This document shows positions 25,567 through 38,400 of a stretch of 64,000 nt of DNA, piece after piece. The stretch is from Dicyema japonicum (Eukaryota > Animalia > Dicyemida). The notes beneath the pieces are model-generated. The model was not told the origin of the DNA, ran no database searches, and saw only the letters and a program-made list of their open reading frames with translations. The DNA lies in contig RDEW01000015.1 of the NCBI GenBank assembly GCA_011109175.1, positions 204,310 to 268,309 of the forward strand, read 5' to 3'. The translations under genes were made by a program, and so were the position numbers. Position 1 is the first letter of the stretch. Each line of letters starts with the position of its first letter.

Positions 25567-27010
25567 ATGAGTGACTCCGAATATGTTAGAAAAAGAACAA
25601 TTTATTTTAGAACGAGGATGACGTGAAAAATTTTTTATCTGAGAGTCACAAATTCTGGAACACACAGCCTGTATTAAGAATTGGTGCCCATAACTAATTA
25701 TTTCAGGGGAATCTGAGAAAGGAAATCATCAGTACGATGACATCACCAGTATCGACCAAGTAAAGAAGACTCCCTATGGATTACCTCCAGGATTTGTTTG
25801 GGACACTAATTTTGACATTGACAATCCTGAATCTGTAATTTACCTAACAAATAACGCCTTACTTGCTTTTATCATAATATCTGTAGATGGAAGAGCTCTA
25901 CAAGATACTCTATGACCACTACGTCGAGGACAAGGACAACATGTTCAGATTTAATTACTCAAAGGATTTTCTGCAATGGTATTTGCTCGGTTGAGGATTT
26001 TAGGGTGTTGAAGTCCCCCGGGTGGCGACCAGAATGGCACCTGGGGATAAGAGTGTCCAAGAATAACAAGCTTTGTGGGTTCATTACAGCTGCAAACTGC
26101 ACAATCCACATTGCTGACAAGTTATTAATTATTACATTTATAGAATGGTGGAGGCTGTAGATATTAACTTTCTCTGTGTTAACAAGAATATTAGGGGGAA
26201 TAAAATGGCAACTGTGCTCATTAGGGAGATCAGACGACTTGTTAATCTCCAAGGGATCTTCCAGGCCATTTACACTGTGGGGAAGATCATTTCCAAGCCA
26301 GCAGCTGTCTCTTGGTTGTTGTTGAGTTTATACAAGCTATCACCACAGACTCATAAATGTGAAGAAACTGTTGGACTGTGAATTCTGTTCAATCCCCCAA
26401 AAACTCAATATGAGATTGTATTTGAAGCTTTATTCGCTCGACAAACTGAAAACTATTCGTGGATTTAAGCAGATGAAATTACAACATTGTGAGTCTGCTC
26501 ATGTGCTCCTGAACCAGTTTTTGTCAAAATATTCTCTGTGGACTGAATTCAGCTATGATGAGTTTTGCCATTGGTTTTTGCCTCGCGAGAAGGTAGTGTC
26601 CTCGTTTGTGGTGGAGGTTGACTGTTTACCAGAATTTAGAATGAAGAAAACGAGGTGGTTGACTTTATTTCCGTCTACCATTTGAATTCGTCCATTTTGA
26701 ATAATCCGAAGCATTCACAGATAAATGCAGGATATCTGTTTTACTATGCTTACACGTGCAATAGTTTGGAGGATCTTGTGTCGTCTGTTCTTGTGTGGGC
26801 CAATGATGTTTGGTTATTTAAATATATAGAATGACATTGACGTCTTGAATGCCTTGGATGTGATGGATAATAATTTATTCTTCAGAAATCTAAAGTTTGG
26901 AATAGGGGATGGTAGACTGTACTATTATCTGTTTAATTGGAGAACTGCTTCTATTACTCCTGATAAGGTATGTTCTGTTCTTACTTTAGGTTGGGATTGT
27001 TCTACAGTAA
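25567..27010 (+). CDS. NMT: Glycylpeptide N-tetradecanoyltransferase (N-myristoyltransferase)
   Basis: [42 protein letters not shown]...[39 protein letters not shown]-terminal KVGIVLQ*. Nine introns (26, 23, 52, 25, 23, 22, 23, 22, 22 nt). Confidence 0.97.
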
Positions 27011-28559
27011 CTGTTTTACTTTAACTTTTATTTGAGTTTATAGGATTTTCCTATATTTATTTACTCTCAGTCAAGTTAAGGAAATCTGTGACTAGCATCA
27101 ACTACCATGACAATGAATGAACATTTGGGATAAAATATGGTTTTTGCTTTTCTAATAGCTTAATCTGTTTTATCAGTGTTAATCGCATCATTAATTCAAC
27201 AATAAAAACAAACCAAGAGACAGTGGATTGTCCCAGACGATGATGAGTCCAAGGTACAGTGAGAACCATAGGATTCCAAGTCGCTATTATATTATTAATT
27301 TTATTGACGACTCTTTTACTAATTCTGCCAGGTTTCAGATGCGGTTGGGATGAAATGAAAAAAATCTCCGGGGTTAAGTACTTCTTTGATTTCCTCGGCA
27401 TTCTGTTTTTTTAATGATAATTGTGTTTAAGTAAACAAAGTTTTTTTTGTAAAACAATGAGTTTTTCCACTGAAATTAGCTTATTCATTGGCGCTCAAAA
27501 ATAGTTAAAATTTTAATCTTAAATTATCTCTGTCATTCCGAAAATGATTCCTAAAACACCCATACTCATGAAAAGGAGAAAAAGGGTTTTATCAATCATG
27601 AAGTGAGTATAGAAGTAAATCTCAATCTTCTAACCAATCGACCAGTTGGTAAACCTGTCTAAAAAGTCATGCAATCGTCCTTAAAATAATCTAGAAATAA
27701 ATATAATAGTTTTTCACAATATTTCGAAAATTACTGAAGATTTACTGCCAGAAACACAGAATTCTTTAATAAAATTAGCTACAAAACACTTATATGTCAC
27801 ATAATGACTTCAGTTTAGAATCCGGTAAATGCAACGATGAATCGACTCACAAAACAAAAAATCCTGTTGGTATCCAAAAATGCCTGGACACCCTGCTTAA
27901 AGATAGCATGTTTAATAAATAGAGATCTGAAGCCAGAATACAGACATAAAAAAAGACAACTTTCTGAAAAATATACATAAAATTGATTTGCCGAACTACA
28001 GAAGAGTAGTTCACCAAAAAGGAGTCAACTAAAGTTGTTGCGATCTTACAACGAACACAGGGAATTTCTGAGTCCAAATAAATAAGATTATCTCAAGAGA
28101 GGCATGATAAATACATAAAAGAAATAAGCCAATGGTTGTCCTCAGAGATTTGACAATCTCAGCAGATCTGTAACCATCGAAGATTCAGTCTACAGAGATC
28201 CGCCTTGAGAAACATAAAAGATTACACTTCAATATAGCATTGAAGGTAAAGGGAGATTATGGAGAACGTAGGTGTTAGAGTGAAATATCTTTCCAAGCTC
28301 TTGAAACTCGGAAGAGGTTTTCCTCTCCCTGTTCGCGTCATTGTCATGTCGTTTGTTTACGGATGTGAGGACTGCTACTACAAGAAAAATCAGATAATAT
28401 CGCAGTTATAAAAGACAAGAGCAGTTATCAAGCTTGTGCTAAAGATATGTATAATGACCTTAGCACTTGAGAAAACACCTAACAGAGCCAATGAAAACGA
28501 TACTAAAGGACAAATGACACATTTTATAAAGAAGAGTCGAATTTTTTTATTAACAAAAA

Positions 28560-29210
28560 ATCACCAACAGTTAACTAAAGAAATTAATTAATTAGGTGAT
28601 TTCGACAACTCTGAAGAAGCTCTTCGACTTTTCGCAATGTTGAACTTTTGATTCAGCACAGCTACGGATTGGGCGGGAAGCAGTGTTTCCCATATATTCC
28701 TCAGGCGTGATGTATTTTCTATTTCTGATCTTTCTGTGGTAGGCACTTCAGTTTTCGAAGGGCTACGAAATCCTTTCCATTTTCGCGGATAAGATTGTCG
28801 AAAGTGGAGGGAGATAATTCTTCTAAAGAGCAGATTGTCTAGATATGCAAAGGCAATTGTATTTTTGGCTTCCGGATTATGCAAGTCGGATAGGAACAGG
28901 TTTAAAAGGCCCGGAGACAACGGAGAGCCTTGGGGAACTCCATTTAATAAAAGTCTTGAAATTGACCTGGATCCATTCATACAGACCCGACCTCTCTTTC
29001 CGCTGATCAAGTTGGAAAGTCACAGTTTTATGCTGTAATTGACTGAACTGAGTTAATGAGATAAGGTGTGTGGAAGTAGAGTGGTTGCTCCTGAAACCAT
29101 GTTGTAATAGAGAAAGAGGGAGAGCAAGGGTAATCAAACGTAGCATGAGCTTTTCAAAGACCTTCGAGGTCGAGTTAGAGACTCGTATATAAAACTTCAG
29201 GATCTGTAAA
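28560..29210 (-). mobile_element. Jockey/I-like LINE, internally deleted fragment
   Basis: QHGFRSNHST, NGVPQGSPLSP.L.NLF..DL, AYLDN, terminal EIT*. Confidence 0.8.
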
Positions 29211-29254
29211 AAGAATGAGATGGATACCGTTCAAGGCTCTAACCACTTGTGGTA

Positions 29255-29405
29255 ACTTATTATTATTATCAGCACTGCCGAGAACACATAAAAAAACAAA
29301 AGTCAATTAAGGTTCCTTGTGCCGCGCCGGCCACCCTTTGCACCAATCGCATCCAAAGGCCTCTCCGTTTCGCAAGATCTCTTAGTTCATCGAGGTCATC
29401 CATTG
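29255..29405 (-). mobile_element. RTE-like 3' end (5'-truncated)
   Basis: DDLDELRDLAKRRGLW..LV..V, then GGCACAAGGAAC...GTTCTCGGCAGTGCT(GA)(TAA)n tail as in the other RTE copies. Confidence 0.75.
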
Positions 29406-29760
29406 TTTACTTGTGGTAACTAACTCATCTAAAATAAAGTGAGAGTTACCCATCAATGTTCTATAAAACCCATTATCTCATTCTTTTGTCACCAACCACG
29501 TGCTCAACCTTCTCAGCGAATATCAGAGCTCTAACCTAACAACTCCCTTGGTTTTAACAGATACGGTTCTACTTTTTGAACTCTTCAGCATTACAAACTT
29601 CAGAACTTAACCATACTGACCTGAGGACGATTGTACCCGAAAAAATTTCGATGTAACTTCCATTCCAATTTTGAAGAGCATGAGAGCAAGTCTTAATTCT
29701 TAGTTATAATAGTAAAAATGTCAGAAAACGTAATTTTTGTGGTTTTAATAGTTAAGTAAA

Positions 29761-30412
29761 TTAGTAATAGATATTAGTGTTTGGGGTGTAATCCTGATAT
29801 CTCTGCTGAATAAGCTGAACAAGGACTCCATTACACTCAGAGGGATCCAGGAACACAGACTGGGGTTCCCCACACTTTGGGTACTCCGACATCACTTTTA
29901 TCTTCTTCTTATTGACCACCTCCAATGCTCCTGTGAGACTTGAAACCTCGTTTTACGCTAAGAACATACTTCGACAGCAACATGGTGAAGACCTCCTGAA
30001 GGATTCTTCTCAAGATACTGTTCCAAGGGACCACCAGTTGAATAAGGTGAAATCAGCTAAAATAACCGACCTGTCGGTACCCTGATTTCGGAGTCTCCCA
30101 ACTCCACACAGGCAATGTTGAGCTTCTCGTGATGAACGTTCTACGATTTTGTATAATTTAAATACTTGGACTGAGGACACCTTAGCTCCCAGGATGCTCC
30201 CATAGAAAGATCTTGAGGCCTCTATATCTGGGACCACAAAGGACACGTGAGATAGTTTGACAGCTTTCCATTCCTAAAACTAACATGTGCGAAAAAAACT
30301 TCTCGATTAGCGAATATTAGGGCCGAACTTGCTCTTTTTGCAAATATATTCTATAATTGACTCGTTATATTACTTTTTTGAATTGGTTTAAAATCACACT
30401 AGCAGACCTCAT
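29761..30412 (-). CDS. MCEE: Methylmalonyl-CoA epimerase-like (VOC/glyoxalase fold) with a basic, targeting-like N-terminus
   Basis: Five introns (23, 26, 25, 24, 23 nt) give an intact ORF: ...WKAVKLSHVSFVVPDIEASRSFYGSILGAKVS...VELGDSEIRLISP...LEKNPSGGLHHVAVEV...VFLDPSECNGVLVQLIQ. Confidence 0.88.
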
Positions 30413-31069
30413 ACTAGAAATTAAATATTTGAATTAATTAGTATTTAATATTTAAATAAATTTATTGACACCTATAATATTAAAATTAAATTTTGGTCAA
30501 TTCTCGGCATCAGAACTTCTGGCACGACACAATTGTCGAAATGGATCTTCCTCCTGACCAACTCTCGTTGTAAAAACTAAATTAAAAAAATTAATAAAAT
30601 TCCCGTTAAGGAAACCATCACATGATGGAGAGTTCTTTTCTTTCTGGAATGGATGACACCATTTCAGGTGAGCCATAATACGCTAAACACATTTGCGTCA
30701 ATAGTAGTAGTGGGGAAAATGGAAGACCATAGACGTTGGCACAAGAAAGAAGAATAGGTTGTGTCTGAGCGCAAATTTACACAACGATACGCTTTCCTCG
30801 ACAGACTGAAGAGAATCATGTAAGAATGGGAATTTAATATTGAGTGCAGAAGAACAAGCCGATCTTATTTCGGCTTATTTCACTAAGCTTTTCAATGTTA
30901 ATATATAGTAATTTCTCTATTTGACGGAATACAGATCTCAAAAATATTAACCCATAATTGTCAAATACACGACTTCATATATGACAAAATATCAATGGTA
31001 ATAATGGCATGTTTTCCCCCAATTGCACTTTACTTTTGGGGACAGAATTATTAATTCAGATAAAAGACT

Positions 31070-31660
31070 AATAGAACTAGAGAACCGCTTGAAAACTTAC
31101 GACACATTATGCTAATAAATTCATTATGTAAGATTTCTGAAAATATTATGCTGGATCGAATAAGAGGACTTACATACTTACCAGAAAACCAAAGCGGATT
31201 TAAAAAATCGAGATCTACAGTTGATGCAGTCTGGAATCACAGATGGAGGTATTTAACACAATAACTCCACCAACATTCTGGTAATAGACTTAAGAGCCTT
31301 TGGCACGATTAACAAGCATAAACTAATAGGGGTGCTGGAACAATTTCTCAATGAGTCAAGTCTAATAATGATCAGAATTTTCCAATACAGAGCTCTTTCT
31401 AAAAGACCTACTCAAGAAAATTTAAAACAAACACAAGAATCCCTCAAGGAGACTCTCTCTCCTCTACTGTTGACGATATATTCGGAAACAACTCTGAGGG
31501 AACTCAGACCACTATACCAAGGAAAAATAGAAGTGATTTATGCAGAGGATGTCTACTTAATTTACGAAGACATAGCGTTTTAGGAATATTATATTAATAC
31601 ATTTGAAAAAGCACCATACTTGGGGTTTCTCACTATAACAAGGACAAAACATAATTCACG
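31070..31660 (+). mobile_element. RTE-like RT fragment
   Basis: LENLR, ENQSGFKKSRSTVDAVW.HRW, IPQGDSLS, IYAED. Confidence 0.75.
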
Positions 31661-31669
31661 GAATAAGAT

Positions 31670-31832
31670 AAATGAGTAACACACTCAAAGTTTCCTCTAG
31701 GGAAGAAATGATTCTTTTTGGATACCACCCAGGTATCCTACGACACATCCGACCTCGTAGGCAACAGCATGGGATTCGAACCCAGCCTAATCAAGACGGG
31801 AGTGACAGCACTAACCACTACCCTACCTGGTA
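31670..31832 (-). mobile_element. tRNA-headed SINE fragment (family D)
   Basis: Minus strand: A-box-like GGTAGGGTAGTGG, B box GGGTTCGAATCCC, then hairpin GGATACC/GGTATCC + AAAAAGAATCATTT, like the family B core. Confidence 0.7.
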
Positions 31833-32511
31833 CCATAACAGAATGCTGGATGACGCCCTGTTACCATAACATTTTATTATTACCACCAGGATAACTGGAA
31901 AAAAGAAAGAAAAGTTCTCAACTAAGTGATCCCAGACCGACAAGGATGAGGACGATTCCGGCGGTATCGAGAATCCTGTACAGCTCTTCTCGTTGGACAT
32001 GGGATCGGCTCAAACTTTTTACATGTTTGTAGATATTTCGATAATGTATGAGACACAACTAGGTAGACTGACCGCTTTTAAGAATATTAGTAATTTAATT
32101 ATATTTTCAATAGGTTAGATCTTGTGTTCTGGTCCAATCAACATTACTGCGTATAGTTTCAATGACGAGGAACGTGAAATCTGCATTGCCCACAAAGGAC
32201 ATGCATACGTCATCGGATAAATTGTTCATAAACAGCGGCAAGGCTCCTAGTTTGGTCTTTAAGAGTTTTTGAGAGCACTTTTAAGATTCTCATTTCTTAA
32301 AAGTAGAAATTACCTTGTTCTCAACATGTCGACGACAAAAGAGTTCCTGATCAAAGGTGACTTCCAAATCTTGGGTGTTTTGTTAATAGGAATAGCTTGT
32401 TCTTCGTAATGAATTTTAATTCTATGCAGAGCTGTCTTTTGTAAGTGGTAATCAGCGTGAGAGAGGACTTTGTTGCTGATGTATCGAACTAGTCGTTCCA
32501 ATTATTTATTA

Positions 32512-32750
32512 ACCCCGGATACACCGATAAAGAAGTTAAAGTAAACAACTAATTAAGTGTATCCAGTTTCCACTTTTACAGAGTCCATCCGGAATTAACA
32601 TAAAAGGAAAAAAGACGTCCATACTTGCAATTGTGGAAACCCCTCCAGTAGAGTGGGGGAGAGCAAATGATCCTTTTTCGTGCCGGCCTGGCACTGGGCG
32701 CCACCTAGACAGGTGGATCACATGATGCCACTCTAATAGGAAGAGAGAGG
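32512..32750 (-). mobile_element. SINE family B, 5'-truncated, inserted in the tail of a family C element
   Basis: Highly similar to 24350-24590; flanked by ATTATTTATTA at 32501-32511 and 32751-32761. Confidence 0.88.
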
Positions 32751-32761
32751 ATTATTTATTA

Positions 32762-33080
32762 TTATTAACATCAGCACAAACAGTCATAACTAACTAATCC
32801 AAGGAAGGGACCAAAGGGAGAACATCTGCTTGTGCCAACCAAATCCATATTACAATACTTCATTACAGGCTTCCGCTTCCGAAAAGAGGTGGATAAGTAG
32901 GTCCGCCCTCTTCCATTTTTGTCCCACGTCCTACCGTCGCGGAGATCACTTCATTTTTTAACGGAATAGTTTCCATAATGCAATCTTCATCAGAGGGTTT
33001 GGTCAGGGAGTAAGGTATGAAGATCCCTTTTAACAACATTGTCGTGCCAGAAGGACTCGTCGACTCACCTCACGAGTCGT
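32762..33080 (-). mobile_element. SINE-like family C
   Basis: 3' part (cagatg..ctccctt.ggt.cc.tccttggatta.ttagttatgactgtttgtg) recurs at 50515-50570; 5' part (cttctggcacgaca..ggatcttc..cctgaccaa) recurs at 30515-30560; (TAA)n tail. Confidence 0.65.
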
Positions 33081-33168
33081 ACTGTAAAATCATAGTTTTT
33101 AATTAAAATAAAATAATTAAATTAATTATTTTATAATACTGTTGACTGGACAACATAAAGTTAACGCA

Positions 33169-35407
33169 ATGAATCAATATTTAAAATTTGATTGGAAGAA
33201 ATTAGGTTTAACATTTTCCTTATTTGTTTACAGCTTCTGTTGATTTAGATAAGCTACAGAACCACCCAAACCATCCTGTAATCCAAGATAATTTGGAAAA
33301 TATTTTAAATTGTGACATTTACAGAGATTTTGTAAGCCAACCCTTTATTATAGGACTTGAATTCTGTGGATATAAATTTTGTAAAATTATTCAGATTGGC
33401 TCAGTTGGCGATCAGAAATCAAATTGTAAGATAAAAATAATTTCAGGACTGTCAAGAATACCTCAGCGGGGTAATCGTGGCTTTGGGGGATAAATTAAAG
33501 ACGATGGAAACTGTTAAATTTGCCTTATTTGTAGGATTTAAGGCGAAATGAGGTAAAGTTGGACGAAAAGGCAAAGGAATGCGACAAATTAAAAAAAGAA
33601 TGTTTAATGAGAAAAAGCCTGTTGGCATCTCAACAACAAATGATTATTTCTGGCAGTGGGGGACCATCCCCGGTACTTTTGGGAATTTATAAAGTGTCCA
33701 TTTTGTGCAAAAAATTTCATCGCCCCCAACTTTCTGTTCAATCACCTACAAAAGCGGCATCCTGATCAGAAATCTAACTTCAATTTTGACGTAATTTCAC
33801 ATACAAGTTTAGTTGCTCCACCAAAAGCAAGTCAGGAATAAGGATGAGGTTGAATTGTCGATAAATAATGAAATTATTTCCCTAAGAAAGCAGCTATTGG
33901 ACTACGAAGAAAAGATGGAACAGATTCGGGTGACTTGGCTGTTAATTCCCACAGAAACAAGAGGCAGAAGATAAACTCGTAAAATCAGATAAAAATTTAT
34001 TACAAATTAAAGAAATGATCGACGCCTTCGAAAAAAATATTTACGAGGTGAGGGGGGAGTTATATTTTAGAATATCTCCAAGCAGACTGATAAAAATAAG
34101 ATTATTGTAAGTTCTACATAAATCCTAGAATGAACTGGACAGTCTAAAGAAGGACCTGACAGACAGCATAAACCACATTAATGGAAATCAAAAAATCATA
34201 GAACGGGACATACGAGATTTGAAGCTTGCTAATGGTCTTTAGTAGAGTTTATACCAGAATCTGTCAAAGTGGTGGACGAGGCGGAGTTGAACGATCGCCT
34301 AGAAATTAAGCATCAAGAACAGGTTGGGAATCGTCTTAAAATAGGTCAACCAAATTAAAAGGGAATATAACGAGTTATTGGAGCTACAAAAACAGCAATT
34401 CAACGACAAAACCCACAGTTTGACGATCGACTATGAAGAAAAATTATCACTTGTTTGGATGCAGCTAACTTTAGGCAAATACAAAGGTTAAAAACCTAAA
34501 ATCAAAAAACGAACAACTCAAAAAGAATATGAGTGAAGCTAATGTACATTTAATTTGTATTTGCTAGGAAATTAAATATATTCCTCCCCCGAACCGCCAA
34601 TTCCTGAGAGAATCACACAAATGGAGGAGAAGGGTAATATTTAGTTAACCTATTAGTAGTAATGCCACAAAAACACTAGTAAACTGAGATTTAATATTTA
34701 AGCAAAACATTCTACCAACACAGAGAAATTTGCCAAACTAACCTCGTCCGAATTTTGGGGGAAAATAATATTCCACGAGTATTTTCTAGTTGTAAACCCT
34801 AGTTGGCCAAGGGAATTGAGGGACTCAGCTATTAAAAGTTAGTGCAGAGCATTCTGAGAAAACGAAAAAAGGGTTTAAGGTTATTAAAGGTAGTGATATC
34901 AAGAATAACGGAAATTACCTTAAGTACAGAAATAGGGTTATGTACAACTTGAATGAACGATTAAAACTAAATAGTTGTTATTTAAATTATATTTTAGAAA
35001 CTGTTTCAAATTATTCTAAAATGTCTGATTTTCTGCAAAAAAATACTAAATCCAAGAAATTAAAGGAGAATGTGGAGGAAATACAGAAACGCAATGATTT
35101 CAAACCCGTCGTTAATGAGTTGGTCCACCGACAGAAATCGTTAGTATTTAACTTGTAATTATTAGACAAAACAGTCAGGTGACAACCACCAATATTATTA
35201 TAGAACAACAGAATGACTTACAAAAACGAGTTCGAACCAATCTCACAACTGCTTAAAGAGGAGCTTAACAAGTATGCTTAAATAGTATGATAAAACAGAG
35301 AAACTAGTGAACCTGAAAGAAATGACATCAAAGTAAAAACAAACGAAAAATCTAAGCAAGACGACGATGACACCAGTCAATGGTCAGATATAGAAGAACT
35401 GTACTAA
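33169..35407 (+). CDS. DZIP1: DZIP1/DZIP1L (Iguana)-like ciliary basal-body zinc-finger protein
   Basis: DWKKLASVDLDK..IQDNLENILNCDI..VDINFVKLFRLAQLAI..QEYL (Dzip N-terminal domain), KCPFCAKNF....L..HLQKRH C2H2 finger, coiled coil. Many tiny introns and micro-exons; 3' exon chain and stop (35405-35407) less certain. Confidence 0.85.
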
Positions 35408-35445
35408 CATAAAAGTTAACAAAAAAGATTATATTAAGAAAATTA

Positions 35446-38400
35446 TCAATGAGGGTTAAAATTGTGTTTAGGATTCGGAAATCTACTAAGAATAACAAAA
35501 TACCTATTCGGGTAGATCCTGTGAGGATATGATGCAGGGGGGTATACTACAAAAGGCGGCATGTTAGGTGGCATATTGGAATGCATATTAGGAGGCGTAA
35601 TAATACAAATTGGCTGAAAATTAAATACCAGAAAACAACATTTGTATTTATATAATGATTGATTGAATTTATGGCTGTCATACAGGCATCGTTAAGAGCG
35701 TCAATAAGAGAGGGAAATACGTTTCCTTGAAAAATTCTATTGCTGACAGTCACGGCTGTCCTATAGTTCTGCAATGAGAGAAAATACCACCCCTTGTTCA
35801 AACGTGATGTTCACATACGGAGGCTGTTTAAATACTTCTTTGCATAAGAATTCAAGGTAAATGTAATTGATGGATGACTGATTAGAAATAAACTCCTTTT
35901 CAATGGGCTAAAAGTCAACAAATCTGATAAACCTGAGGATTTCTTGACTGTTCGGAAACTGTGGGCACTTTTTTATGCTTAGGTTGAGTGTTGGAAAAAG
36001 ATTCTTGTGCTTTACCCTTATTCTTTCTAGTATTTTCTAGAAACCATATAAATTAAACAAACCCTGAACTTGTTTCATTAGAAAATCCCGTGTTTTAATC
36101 TTTCGAGTAGACCGAGAGGTCACATTGGGAACGTAAGAATCCGGTTTATTACGAGTATCTGTGGTCACTTTTAATGGCAATATTTCACTCGTATTCACCT
36201 TCATTATTCTATAGAAAATAAAAACTAAAATTACTTGGATTTGATGTTCACCTGAGAGATAAAGTCATCAAACAGAACTCCTACAGAGTCTGTGTCATCC
36301 TTGGAGACCCATACGACTGTCCCCCGAGAACCAAAAGGAACAGTGAGAGATTTTTTAACGTAAAATATTCGATCGAGGCATTTGTAGTCAACGTGACCCA
36401 TATTAAAGTTTATAGGGAAAAGAACTTCCTCAACTAAATCACAAATCTAGTAAATATTTCCTACAAACAACAGGAAGGAGATTATTGACTTTAATCTTCA
36501 TTTTAGTATCCTTGTATGTGATTTCTGAGATATTAGACCCAATCAGAGGAAACAGATCAGGATCAACAAAGTCCTCGAGTCCACTCAAAGCAACGTAGTT
36601 TGATTTTATGGAATACAAGAAATCCATAATCTTTTCCAAAGTCTCACTTTCTCTACAATAAACAACCCAAACAACCCACATCCCTCCAACAATTCAGCAC
36701 GTGATATTGAATAACTGCAATGCTTCCTCCAATTGTCGAAAATGGTGGGAAATCTAAAAATAACTACAAACCAACTGTTTCTTGTATATCTCTACAAGTT
36801 CCACAGCCTTTGGAGAGAACAACCAGTAATCGTCAATTAGTATGGAATAACCGACAATCTACGTTAATTTAAACTAAAATACAGATTTTTTGCTATTATT
36901 CTTTAGGTTAATACCAATATCCACAAATAGTCTGTTTCCAATGACAACTTTCTGATGCCCAAGGAGATTATTCAGCATTTTATGGGAAATGTCTATCCTT
37001 GAGGCAAAGTCTGACAAATTGACGTACGATTCGTCCAGTTTCTACATAAATAAACAATCAACCTCCTTCTCTAGCAATAGTGGTTGCGGACTTGGGGAGA
37101 ACTCTTTGTAAACGTCGACCATTAAATAATTCTGATCACAGTGTTTCTCCACTACTCCCTTCCACCCAAATGATTCGTTTGTTAGCAGAAAAACAACGGA
37201 ATTAGGAGGAAAGACGTCTCCAATCTTCAGTTTGGGTACATGTTTTATACATTTCTGTCCATTATAAATCACAGTTACCATTAATGTGGTTTCCAAGGGA
37301 CACTGGATGATCTTGGAAGTATCATATTTCTTTATTATCCTGAAATGTCCATCCCCGTTGAATCCAAAGCCAACGAGGGGAGATACGTCAAGGATCAACT
37401 GAGTATGATCAAAGTGTATATTCTCCAAGAATAAATATCTGCTAATACTCACATCATTACCTTGCCGTTATATCTTTAACGACAAAATCGAATGACTTGC
37501 TGAGTTCGCTCCCCTCACTAAAGTCGGCTGAGTGAACTCCGACGATTTTTCCCTCCTTAAAAAACGGGTAGTCAAAAGACAAGTGCTTGTTGATCAATTT
37601 TTTCAGGTTCTAGAATAAACACAAATAAAACTGGAAGACTCCCACCACTATCAAACTTCACTTCAAAAAACGTGCCCAAATGTGTGAAAATAGGATTGAT
37701 CTTAAATTAGTAATTTAGCAGCACTTTAACATTCCCACGTGACAGCATAGGGATGGTGTAATTATTAGCAAAACTTGATTTTAAATTTACACGATTTGAG
37801 GAGCTGGCAGAAAATGACTTCCATTCGATAGGGATAATCCTATAATATGAGAAAATATGCACGTGATGTTGTTAGAAAGATCACAGAAATTACCAGATGA
37901 GGCCTTTCTGCATTTCTTTCCCATATAAAGGGAGAAATGCATAATCTGGTTGCGCTCTCGGTCCTCATCACTCAACATGTGAAATACGGGAATTTACTGG
38001 CCTCCCACACAGGCTCAATAATACACGTGGAAAACCATTTCAACCATAGGGATGACCGCAATTTTTTCATAATCCGCAAAACAATCAGTTTCGAAGGTTT
38101 CCACAAAAAATTTGGACAATGGTGAGTTCTCCATCGATACCAAATCCTATTACGAAATATAACGTATAAAAAACCTGCAAAGGTTCCGGTAGCAAATAAC
38201 CCTGATTTAAAAGAGATAACGGCTATAAGATGTTCAAAGGGGGAGAAGGGAACATCAGTCATATCAAAATTAATCTCCTCCGACGGTAAAAGTCCCAAAT
38301 CCGTGGCATATGGTGCATAGTAAGACGGATAGAACCATCTATAAGAGGGACAACGACATCGGTAATAACTCATTATCCACTGGAGAGTGATGAGGTACAT

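Noticed and set aside
32960-33000. Minus-strand CTGATGA-N13-GAAAC resembling a hammerhead
   Set aside because: Stem II cannot pair and no stem I partner is evident; at most a decayed remnant.
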